DNA of 47,045 nucleotides, taken from contig NC_068994.1 in NCBI RefSeq assembly GCF_001194135.2, forward strand, positions 54,539,431-54,586,475, written 5' to 3'. The translations under genes and the position numbers were made by a program. The notes under the pieces are model-generated. The model saw only the letters and a program-made list of their open reading frames with translations. It was not told the origin of the DNA and ran no database searches. The stretch comes from Octopus bimaculoides (lineage: Eukaryota). The stretch's first letter is position 1, and each line of letters starts with the position of its first letter. This document shows, piece by piece, positions 13,780 through 25,169 of the stretch.

Positions 13780-14248
13780 TGTAAGGAACACAGATTCCAA
13801 CAACTGCAGACTTCCAATCCATCTATTCCTCCATTACAAGTATTTTTACATGATAATCCATTTACAACAAATCTCCAAATATAATTACGTTATTGCATTA
13901 CCCATAATGCTATTTATTATGCTCTTCTCTTTCATTCCGAACAAACACGACTAAAGAGCTTGCAGACAGGAATTGCTTTTGCGCTTATAATGAAGCATAA
14001 ATGCGTAGCGTGTTTGAATGTTTATCACACATGCGCGCGCATTCACCTAAACACACACATACACACACACAAGAGCGCATTTACCCAAACACTCACATAA
14101 ACACACACACATTCACCGAAGCATACGCATACATTTACCCAAACACACACACACACACACACACATTTACCCAGACACACACACACACACACACACATTT
14201 ACCCAGACACACACACACACACACACACACACACATTCNNNNNNNNNN

Positions 14249-14279
<31 letters not shown>

Positions 14280-14297
14280 TTGCTGTATGTGTTATTT

Positions 14298-14524
14298 CTT
14301 TACTACCCACAAGGGGCTACACACAGAGGGGACAAACAAGGACAGACAAACGGATTAAATCGATTATATCGACCCCAGTGCGTAACTGGTACTTATTTAA
14401 TCGACCCCGAAAGGATGAAAGGCAAAGTCGACCTCGGCGGAATTTGAACTCAGAACGTAGCGGGCAGACGAAATACCGCTAAGCATTTCGCCCGGTGTGC
14501 TAACGGTTCTGCCAGCTCGCCGCC
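14298..14524 (-). mobile_element. SINE family B, well-preserved copy with a different 3' tail
   Basis: Same head and body as 46877-47045, but the tail is GTTTGTCTGTCCTTGTTTGTCCCCTCTGTGTGTAGCCCCTTGTGGGTAGTAAAG. Confidence 0.9.
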
Positions 14525-15319
14525 ATATGTGTTGCTGTATGTGTGCGTGTGTGTATGCGCGCGTGTGTGTCCGTGTCCTGGGTGTGGCTTTAAATTGCAT
14601 CCGGTAGTGGGGAACTGGTTCGAGGGATCCAGGGTCTCGAGGAGTTTTGAATAACCTCTCAGCCACTACTGTTCCTAGCGCTGCTGATCCGGGTTAGCAG
14701 CACCTGCAAAGGCCTCCCAGCTATATATTAACTAGAATGTTATGGAAGAAACTCCAAACACGAACCTTTACTGCCTTGCGAGTGCCTTGAGGAAGGAAAA
14801 AATTAGAAGAATTCAACCCCAACAGCAAATCAAGGAGTTGAGCCCCTTAGGTGGTCTGGTGCCCTCTTTGACCCCTTCCGGAAATTCCAGGAGCTCTCCA
14901 GTCATGCAAAGTAATTCATCGAGGAGAAGGCAAATCCATTGTAAAACCTATAAATAAATGGTGACCACAGCCATCTTAGCCAACTTTGGTCTTTTAGTCA
15001 GACGTCCAACTCAAGAGAGTTGGACTGGGCTACTTTGATTGACTCACTTTAGAACCACTAAGTACATACAGGAAGGAAACCCTTCGTGCAATAAGGATCG
15101 ATTTACATAACCACTTGAGGGCGCGCCGGTCTTTCTAGTGATCTGCGGACACGGAAAAACTGACATCATCATCATCATACACACATAGAGATATACTCAA
15201 ACACTTTGTTTGTTTTTCTCTGTGTCATCTGCTACATATGTGGGAAATTCTGTCTGTGAGTGTAATTGTGGAGCTCGTTTTATCGATTTTGATGAAATTT
15301 GACGCCTGAGTAGAACAAG

Positions 15320-15423
15320 GCTTTCGTCGACCCGAGGCTATAGTAGAAGACACTTGCTGGAGGTGCCACGCAGTGGAACTGAACCCGGAACCATGTGGCT
15401 GGTAAGCAAGCTACTTATCACAC
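15320..15423 (-). mobile_element. SINE family A, head fragment
   Basis: CCCGAGGCTATAGTAGAAGACACTTG...GTGCCACGCAGTGGAACTGAACCCGGAACCATGTGG. Confidence 0.85.
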
Positions 15424-15447
15424 AATATATTGTACAGAAACATTATC

Positions 15448-15812
15448 AACAAGAGCACTCAGAGAGCGCAAACCTCCGCCAAGGCGACACCAACGTCCTC
15501 TCAATGATTAGCCGGAGATGATTTTTAAAATGAGAATATCTGAAATAAACTCAACTGCTCTCACAAACGAGAATACTAAAAATGGACCTGACCGCTCTCA
15601 AAAATTAAGTAAAAAAAAAACAAGAAAAATAATCCAGAATCTTAGTTTGGTACCGGATAGATCCCAAAATCTAATTTGTTCGTGCCAACTACGAGGCTAA
15701 ACATCCCTGAAAGTTTCATCCGAAACCAACCAGCGGTTCCTGAGATATCTTGCCCATGGACAAACAAAGAAACACGACTGAAAACAATACCTCTGCCTTA
15801 GCGAAGGCGGAG
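15448..15812 (+). mobile_element. Helentron-associated non-autonomous element (HINE/DINE-like)
   Basis: 5' subterminal CTCCGCC (15474-15480) pairs with 3' GGCGGAG (15806-15812). 3' hairpin CTCTGCCTT-AGCG-AAGGCGGAG. No coding capacity. Confidence 0.6.
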
Positions 15813-16026
15813 CTTGATTAGTTTGAGTGAATGCAGATCATCGATATGTATAGATCTATGAATCCATCATGTGTGAGGGCGCTAGAAAGCTGTGAAGAGA
15901 GGCAGAAGAAGGTAGGGAGTTGTTGAGGAGATCAAAGGACAACGAATATAAATTGGTGGTGAAGCGCGGTTATAATGTGGTCTTATTCTACGAATAATAT
16001 AAACTGAATTATAAATAAATAAATAG

Positions 16027-16365
16027 ACGTAGGCAAGTGGTTAAGGAGCTCGCTTTGCAGTTACGTGGTTTCAGGCTCAATTCCACTGCGTGGCACCTTG
16101 GGCAATTGTCTACTACTGTTTCTCCGGGCCGACTAGTATCTTGTGAGTGAATTTGGCAGGCGGAAACTGTGTGGAAGCCTGTCGTATATATTTATATGTA
16201 TGTGTTTGTGTGTAATTTCCTCCCCAAACCACCCACACACACACACCATTTGAAAACCGGTGCTGGGTTTTTTTATGTCTTCGTAATATAGCAGTTCAGC
16301 AAGAGAGACCAATAGAATTATACCAGACTTTGAAAAGCAAATACCAGCGTCGAGTTGTTCGATTA
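16027..16365 (+). mobile_element. SINE family A, full-length, diverged
   Basis: AAGTGGTTAAGGAGCTCGCTTTGC...CCACTGCGTGGCACCTTGGGCAA...GGAAACTGTGTGGAAGCCTGTCG, then microsatellite, then 3' module. Confidence 0.8.
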
Positions 16366-16489
16366 AATCTTTGGTTTGAAAGAAATAACAACTAAACGTT
16401 TAATGATCGAAACTGAACTGGTAACCTAAAGGCTGCGAAGCACACTTCTTACCACACGGCCACGGCTGCACATTATAAGGTCATACTTA

Positions 16490-17070
16490 AAGTTTAATTT
16501 TCATCTGCAAGGAAAATAAGTGAATTTTATTAAAACGAAGAACGCCCTGTGAGACCTCTTCACCGACTCTCCATGCCACGTGTCTCCTATTCTGTTTAGT
16601 CCACGAAGGATTTCAGACGTCCTATGAAAGTTTGTTTCAAAACTTTTTCTTATCAACTGCAATTTGAAATGTGAAGAATTTTACCAATTTCCCTATCTTT
16701 CGTCACTCAAAGAAAAAAAACAGAAATATATGACAATGACATGCGGGTCTACTCTCATCATTGGGAATATTTACAAAACAGTTTCTCCGAATGATTTGAA
16801 GATATTTTTGCTGATTCCAAATAGGATTTTAGACTTATTTTCAAGAAATGAAGAAAGTAAAGTAATTACAAAAATTGGTTGAGTTAAAAACCATAAAACC
16901 ATGAAGAGTTGAAGATCAAATTTAAGAACAGGTACCATCACTTCTGGTTGCAGTACCAAATTACAAACTCTCAATCCGAGATGATGGATTTTTGAGAAGA
17001 AGTTCCTAATTGCGTTTCCAGGGTCATATTCGGTTGGACCTGAGCTCAGTGTTGCTATGGAGCTTTGGAA
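16490..17070 (+). pseudogene. hAT (Buster/Charlie, FAM200/SCAND3-like) transposase C-terminal fossil
   Basis: Frame-shifted reading KFNFHLQGK*VNFIKTKN...EEFYQFPYLSSLK...EIYDNDMRVYSHH...LIPNRILDLFSRNEE...NHEELKIKFKNRYHHFWLQ...KKFLIAFPGSYSV matches the hAT dimerisation motif FW..(x)..KKFLIAFPSSYLVE. Confidence 0.75.
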
Positions 17071-18297
17071 ATCAGAACATAACTCATCCAAACATTCAAA
17101 TAAAATTATTTCAGAATTCTGTTTGAAAATATCGAATCAAATATGGAAAAATTAGTGACGTCATATCAGAACCATTTTTAACAGGAATAAATCTGTAATT
17201 TTAGATATTTTTATACAATTCATATTTTGGTTATACAATAAATGCTTAAACCTTTTACTGCAGAAACCAGATATATCTCGTTAGCCTTAACTTCAGTCAG
17301 CAGTTTTATATAACAATCTTTCTTTTGTTGAAGAATGTCATGTTTGAAACTATTTTGTTGAGAAGCATTAAGTTTGTGGAGGCAACGTGACGTGCAGAAA
17401 ATATCAATTCTATTGTTTTGTAGATATTCAACATTAATACCGGAATAAATATTATTAAAAAAAAAAAATTTAATTTAATTTTCAGAGTTTCATTTGTGAC
17501 CGACTTTACGGGGGTCGTTGATGACGTATATTCTATAAAATGGAGGCGGTAAGCCGGAATAGTTTGGAAAAAACTGTAGAGAATCAGTAAATATCGCAAT
17601 GAAACTGAGTTCACCATGACCGCCATCTTTGTAATCCCCACCAGCGAAGGATTTTCTACACAGCTGTTCGACCTACAAGAAATATCAGTCAAATCTCCCT
17701 CAAATCATACCCTAACATCTCATTTAAGGACAGGTTACGATATATAATGTAACTCCACATAGTTTGATATCATATGTGTGCTTGATCGGAGATAACACGG
17801 CCCTAAATAACAACAACAGCATCACATATGCACGAACGAATCAGATGTTTGAGAGAACTGAATGATTGGCTTCAAGCTGGCGCCATGGTATATCTGACCA
17901 AATGCGTTTGTGGGCCACTCTTTGTCTTTTGATCGACAAAAAGCTTTGAAGGCCTAAGAGTTCGTTCGAATAAGGAAGTTGATTTGATTCTAAAAGACCA
18001 CAACGACAGCAAAGACGGGAGTTTAACATGAACAGACTGGGCAGTGGTCGTAACAGAAAGATGATAATGCAACATACCCCACCACCCATACGTTAAACAA
18101 CTGGAGGAGGACAGAAGCAAACTGGACAATGGTCATATTAGAATGGAAATAACTCAATATATTAGCCATATTGTATTCCCCATACACTAACCCGCTGCAG
18201 ATGAGAATATTCAATATGGTCGTCAACAAGATGGATGTATGGAACAACTCGGGTGATGCTTGTGAAACTCAGAGTAAGGAACAGGGAATAATCGAAA

Positions 18298-18763
18298 GGT
18301 ACTTTTTGGTTATCTCACCCCCATTAAAAAATCGGGTCATCTCCACCCCGCCCCGTTTTACGAGAAATATCGGTACTTTTGGTCGTCTCCTTCAACTATA
18401 AAAATTGTCTAACCCTCAATAAAACAAGAAAAACAAAATGAAAAAAATTAATAAACCTAAAGAGTGAAAAGACGAAACATCGTTTTGAACCTGATAATAT
18501 TTTTATAAAAAAATCATATAAAACTGGAAAAATTAATAAATATGAAAATGGAAAAAAACTAAACATCTTAGTGAATCTAATAATATTTTTTATAACAAAT
18601 CCTACCATTCCTATTGAGGAGACCAAACGTCAACAATGCGTTGAAGTATTGAATCAAAAGGATCTAATTCTCTTGTCGCTATATTAACTCGATTTTTTAA
18701 TGGGGTGGTAACCCAATTTTTAATGGCAATTTTTTAATGGGAGTGAGATCACCAAAATGTACC
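18298..18763. mobile_element. MITE with 35-bp TIRs and a 9-bp TSD (Merlin- or MULE-type)
   Basis: TIR GGTACTTTTTGGTTATCTCACCCCCATTAAAAAAT (18298-18332) versus the reverse complement of 18729-18763, 32/35 identical. TSD TAATCGAAA at 18289-18297 and 18764-18772. Confidence 0.9.
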
Positions 18764-19141
18764 TAATCGAAACACTACAGTAAATAATTGCACTCGACTT
18801 TTGTATGGAGTTCTCTCCATCTTGTTCGCAAATTCAAACGCGTGCGCGCGCACACACGCAGGTCAACTCATTTACTCTCTCACACATACAATAACTCACT
18901 CACTCATCCATCTACCTATCCACTTTTTCGCTCAGGCGCACTTACACTCAACGCGCACACACAGTTTCTCTCTCTCTCTCTCTCACTCACTCTCTTTCAC
19001 ATACACTCACAGACACTCACTCACGCACACACTCTTACACTCACGCACACACAAGCAGTTACTCACTTATGCACTCACACGTTTACTCACATTATCACAT
19101 ACACGCGCACACACACACACTCACGCTCTTACTCATTCACT

Positions 19142-19190
<49 letters not shown>

Positions 19191-20134
19191 TCACTCGCAC
19201 CAACCCCTGTTCACCAATCCCCTTGTATAGANNNNNNNNNNNNNNNNNNNNNNNNNNNNNNNNNNNNNNNNNNNNNNNNNNNNNNNNNNNNNNNNNNNNN
19301 NNNNNNNNNNNNNNNNNNNNNNNNNNNNNNNNNNNNNNNNNNNNNNNNNNNNNNNNNNNNNNNNNNNNNNNNNNNNNNNNNNNNNNNNNNNNNNNNNNNN
19401 NNNNNNNNNNNNNNNNNNNNNNNNNNNNNNNNNNNNNNNNNNNNNNNNNNNNNNNNNNNNNNNNNNNNNNNNNNNNNNNNNNNNNNNNNNNNNNNNNNNN
19501 NNNNNNNNNNNNNNNNNNNNNNNNNNNNNNNNNNNNNNNNNNNNNNNNNNNNNNNNNNNNNNNNNNNNNNNNNNNNNNNNNNNNNNNNNNNNNNNNNNNN
19601 NNNNNNNNNNNNNNNNNNNNNNNNNNNNNNNNNNNNNNNNNNNNNNNNNNNNNNNNNNNNNNNNNNNNNNNNNNNNNNNNNNNNNNNNNNNNNNNNNNNN
19701 NNNNNNNNNNNNNNNNNNNNNNNNNNNNNNNNNNNNNNNNNNNNNNNNNNNNNNNNNNNNNNNNNNNNNNNNNNNNNNNNNNNNNNNNNNNNNNNNNNNN
19801 NNNNNNNNNNNNNNNNNNNNNNNNNNNNNNNNNNNNNNNNNNNNNNNNNNNNNNNNNNNNNNNNNNNNNNNNNNNNNNNNNNNNNNNNNNNNNNNNNNNN
19901 NNNNNNNNNNNNNNNNNNNNNNNNNNNNNNNNNNCGACACTAATCTGCGTCTACTTCAGCCCCGCTGCGTGAATCACTTTTGAAAACCTGGCTCCACACT
20001 TAAAATAGCAACAAATCCACTGCCTTCCCCTTCTTACCGACAACACCAGACGACATCAAAACATAACCAGACCTCGTACTCAACAACAACGATAAACATG
20101 CCACACACACACACACACGCACGCACACAGTGAA

Positions 20135-20230
<96 letters not shown>

Positions 20231-20644
20231 CGAAAATACTAGGAATTACAAACAATATCTTTACTACAAACATTACACACACGCACACACACAGAAGATG
20301 GAAATACTATAAGTGTTAAAGAATATCACTTCCACAAACATTCAAAACATACATACATACATACAGACAGACAGATAAACATATGAGATCGATCAAGGAT
20401 TATGTCAGTCGTACTAAGGCCTTCAATCTCTCCACAACAAACTACATCATACAAGAGACTACAAAGAACATGAAACGATGCCTTACATATCATAACAGAC
20501 TGTACAATGACCACTAAGCAATTGAGAGAAATTTGGGTGGACAAGGCCGCTTTCGAAGCCCCGACCGGGAAGTGTTCTCTCAAAATTTAAAGAGGTTGTG
20601 AGTTTTATTGTTTTCCCTTTTTTTTTCTTTAGTGAGGGGCTTAC

Positions 20645-20680
20645 CAAGTAGGTACGGACCTGTTCTTGATTCCCCAATGC
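20645..20680 (-). other. Candidate 36-nt exon
   Basis: Acceptor TTTCATCTGTCCAG, donor TTG|GTAAGC; phase-0 reading ALGNQEQVRTYL. No homology recognised. Confidence 0.2.
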
Positions 20681-21026
20681 CTGGACAGATGAAATGATTG
20701 AAACAGGCCCGGCAGATCATACACACAGACCATCTTCACAAAGAAGGAAAATTATTACTAAACAAATGAAAAAATGAGAACCTTGACATGCATTGGGTAC
20801 AGTTTGTTGTCACAAAAAACCTCAACCTCCCATTTCAGTCTGCAAATTTAGATGGAAAACAACTTCCAATTACCCAGACACACCCAACAACCCCCAACAA
20901 CTCACAGTACTACTACAAAATAAATGCGGGAACAAAATTTGTTTCGTGGGTGCAAACCCAAGTTCGAAATTTTTAACAAACAAGGTCGATTTTTTTTCCA
21001 ATCTTAATATCAAAACAAACACAGGT

Positions 21027-21246
21027 ATAAGAATGGTTTCGAATTTTGGCACAACGCCAGCAGTTTTTGAGGTGAGGGTGAGTCGATTAGATCGATCCCA
21101 GTACTGAACTGGTTCTCCTTTTATTGATCCTAAAAGGATCAAAGCAAGGTCGATCTCGGCAGAATTTGAATTCAGAACGTAAAGACAGACGAAATGTCGT
21201 TAAGCATTTGTCCGGCGTGCTTACGATTCTGACAGCTCGCCGCCTT
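21027..21246 (-). mobile_element. SINE family B, full-length
   Basis: Head ...GACAGCTCGCCGCC (+ strand), body, and tail TGGTTTCGAATTTTGGCACAACGCCAGC. Confidence 0.85.
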
Positions 21247-21897
21247 AAACACACCTGTAATAATAGTTGTTAATATTATATTTGCACATTCACTCGGACT
21301 AGAAAGTGAAGAGCGACGGAGGGAGAAAGTCGTGTGTCCAAAGGGTTGCTCGGTACTAGTTATCATGAATTGGAGAGTAAGGTGTTGAGGGAAATGAAAG
21401 AAGAGGAAACATGTCTGAATCAGGACGATGGCTCTGCCTCATTCAACATCGCTGTTCGACCGTTTAGCAGTGTTGGTGCCGTTGAAATAGCTGGATCAGG
21501 GCTGGACTGGGACTGCGTAATATCACCAATAGTAACATGAACATCATCATCATCATCATTCTCGTTGCCATCGTCAATAGCAACCACCACCACCACCACC
21601 ACCACCACTACCACCACCACCGTCGCCCACGTTTTCACACATTCCCCAACAGCTCATCCCTTTAGGCCCAGAATCTTTTCAAAAATATCTTAACACTTCC
21701 CACTTTTTCTCTCACTTTCCATTTTATGTTCCTCAACATCACCGCCGCCGCCACCACCACTTTTAACTCATTATAATCACACTTCGCCATATTTACTCTA
21801 CGTAATGTCACGATTTTCTCCCCTCCACCCATCCCTCTCTCACACATACCTATCCTTCTTTAAGTTTATATTTAGATTCGGTTACATCCTTCGGTGT

Positions 21898-21898
<1 letters not shown>

Positions 21899-21938
<40 letters not shown>

Positions 21939-21953
21939 TGTGTNNNNNNNNNN

Positions 21954-21998
<45 letters not shown>

Positions 21999-22156
21999 TG
22001 TGTTGGTTTGTACAAATGTATATGAGTATATATACATACACTTATTTTATAGATGTACACACGCACATAATACATATACATGCACATATATATACACACA
22101 TTTAGAAAACACACGCATAATATACACATACATGCACGCATATACATACATACAAA

Positions 22157-22202
<46 letters not shown>

Positions 22203-22840
22203 GCGTATTCATATAAGCAAATATATACATAGATATGAATACAAACATACATATATCTATTAGATAAGAAGATAGATTGATAGATAGATAGATAGATACG
22301 TATGTACGATGGTAGATGAACAGGTAGACAGATATAAAAACACACACACACACACACACATGTATAAGTATATGTGTACTTGTATAAGTATAGACACATA
22401 GATACAAACATATATACAAACATTTACAAACGAATATGCATACACACACAACAAATGTGTAGTGGTGTGTGGTATGTGTGTGTGTGCGCATGCGTGTAGA
22501 GAATTAACTTCAATACAACGAGTACAGAGATTTTGTTCCTTCTCAATACAATTCTATGAGAGCCTATACATAATGCAATCACTTTTTTAGATCATTTTCC
22601 AACCGAATCTATTTGTGGCTATTAGTGAAATTTAATATTCGTTCACTTAAAATTACAGCGGAAATTTGCTTTTGTTTTTTTGTTTTTGTTTGTTTTTTAA
22701 AGTTTGTCAGAGTAGACAGCAGAGCGTTTCTGATTCTGGTGTGTTTAGAATTGGGAGGCTGCCGTGGTTGATGAGCAATGCATGTTGGCATTTTATAACG
22801 AAGTAGAATTTATAAGAATTCTTGTTAAAGAATAAACCTG

Positions 22841-22896
<56 letters not shown>

Positions 22897-23124
22897 TTAT
22901 ATATATATATATTGTTGTATGCATCTACATGTAAGTACGCATATATATATATGCATGTGTGTATAATACATATGCGTATATAGGTATATGTATGCATATA
23001 TATACATGTATATGTATGTATGTATATGACACAATGACACATACATATAGATGCATAGACAGAGTGTGTGCGTGTTTGAGATACATGTATATATGGGTAC
23101 ATATATACGTGTGTACACATTATA

Positions 23125-23168
<44 letters not shown>

Positions 23169-23231
23169 TATATATGTNNNNNNNNNNNNNNNNNNNNNNN
23201 NNNNNNNNNNNNNNNNNNNNNNNNNNNNNNN

Positions 23232-23272
<41 letters not shown>

Positions 23273-23294
23273 TCCGAGAAAATGAAAGAATGCA

Positions 23295-23331
<37 letters not shown>

Positions 23332-23948
23332 AAATTAGCTCCAGTTAGCAGAGAGAGAGAGAAAGAGAGAGAGTGTGTGTGTGTGTGATCTCAAGAACAA
23401 TACTACAAAATTTCAGTAAAAATAAGAAATTATATTCAAATAATTATGCTGTCACGCATGCCATACAAAAAAGACACAAAGTGCCGCAAGCACCCCAATT
23501 GCCGCAAGCACCCCAATTGCCGCAGGTTGTGCATGCAAGCTTTATGCAGTCTAATTTGTATAGGGTTCTCATATCATTAATCAGACAGATGGCTGCATTT
23601 CATGTTATTATAATGAACGTCGTATCATGGGAAGGTGGATGTTCTTTTGAGGGAGGATACGCGAGGCAAACCGTGCTTGGAGTCAGCTGTTAACCGTTCT
23701 TTTTACATTGAAACAGCGAATTGTTGATTTCTTTTACTAACAGTGATGTTTCTGTTTATCAAGGGTATATAAACATTACGCATTCAGTTGTGTGTGTGTG
23801 TGTGTACGTTACAAGCAAACATTAGTATACATATGCACGCATATATGTATTGAGGTACCTTACATACATATATACACACATACGTGTATACATATATCCA
23901 TATGTACGTATGTATATATGCATATAATATGCATACACACACACACAC

Positions 23949-24020
<72 letters not shown>

Positions 24021-24035
24021 TAGAGAGAGAGAGAG

Positions 24036-24068
<33 letters not shown>

Positions 24069-24228
24069 CTTATANNNNNNNNNNNNNNNNNNNNNNNNNN
24101 NNNNNNNNNNNNNNNNNNNNNNNNNNNNNNNNNNNNNNNNNNNNNNNNNNNNNNNNNNNNNNNNNNNNNNNNNNNNNNNNNNNNNNNNNNNNNNNNNNNN
24201 NNNNNNNNNNNNNNNNNNNNNNNNNNNN

Positions 24229-24284
<56 letters not shown>
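21899..24284. repeat. Compound microsatellite field, (TG)n/(TA)n/(GATA)n/(GA)n, with three gaps
   Basis: Directly visible; unique islands at about 22490-22840 and 23390-23790. Confidence 0.9.
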
Positions 24285-24287
<3 letters not shown>

Positions 24288-25169
24288 AAGAAATGCACGA
24301 TTAGTGAATCATCGAAACGTTGTCACCTCTATATTATAGTTTCGTCTCCAAAAACCTTTCATATCTTTTTCAAGTCTCGTTTTGTATTTTTCCGTCACCT
24401 ATTTTATTCACTCATTTGGCCTTGTGTCTATACTTTTAGTGTTATATATGCACCCGCCTATATCGTTACAACTCTAATATGTTAGTGAACTTTTCGAATG
24501 GACAATATTGTCTTGGGTATCAAAATTGTAATGATTTCTGATTGGCAACTGTTGAGGAGATCAGACTTCTCCATGTCCATTTTAATATGAAATAGTTGAA
24601 AAGAAAATAAGATGTAATAGTTTTTGAGGAGTAGTAATGAGCAGAGCCATTTGCAGTCTTGTTTATATTTTTATAAGCGGATATCTGCTACTATTTTTCG
24701 ACTTCTTGCAAGTATAGCAAACGAATCTTGAAGTGTCGTAACACGAGCACAGAAATACTACTACTTTCTTCCGATATGTCTGGAACCTGAAAGAATATGA
24801 TATTTATAATTTTAAGTTCACAGAAACGATACCGTCATTGAATATCGCCTGTGCATACCAGAAAAATACAATATGCTGAAGCAGCTGTTTAATTTTCTTT
24901 CAACTATAATTTGGAATTAATTGCTTCTGATTCTTACTAAAAGTATTTCTTGCCAACAATTTGCTTTGCCTACCAAGTAAATTACACAATACCATGAAAT
25001 TCTTAGCAGTAATGCATCGAACTTTTTACACGTATTTTTTCGTTGTTATATGAAATTTTTGTGGGAATAACACTGCAAATCTCCCACAGAAAAGTTTATT
25101 TCTATCTCTACTGTCCATGACAACATCCGTCAATAAAAGTATATGAAAAAAAAGTCCTAAATGTAGACC

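Noticed and set aside
14575-15160. GC-richer stretch reminiscent of an RTE-type LINE 5' region
   Set aside because: Resemblance from memory only; no translatable motif.
18023-18247. 74-aa ORF with signal-peptide-like start and Cys-rich end
   Set aside because: TTG start, no promoter or splice context, no homology; chance in AT-rich DNA is likely.
24691-24786. Minus-strand acceptor followed by VPDISEESSS...EVEK* (possible terminal exon)
   Set aside because: A single splice signal only, no recognisable product, and adjacent to a retrotransposon fossil.
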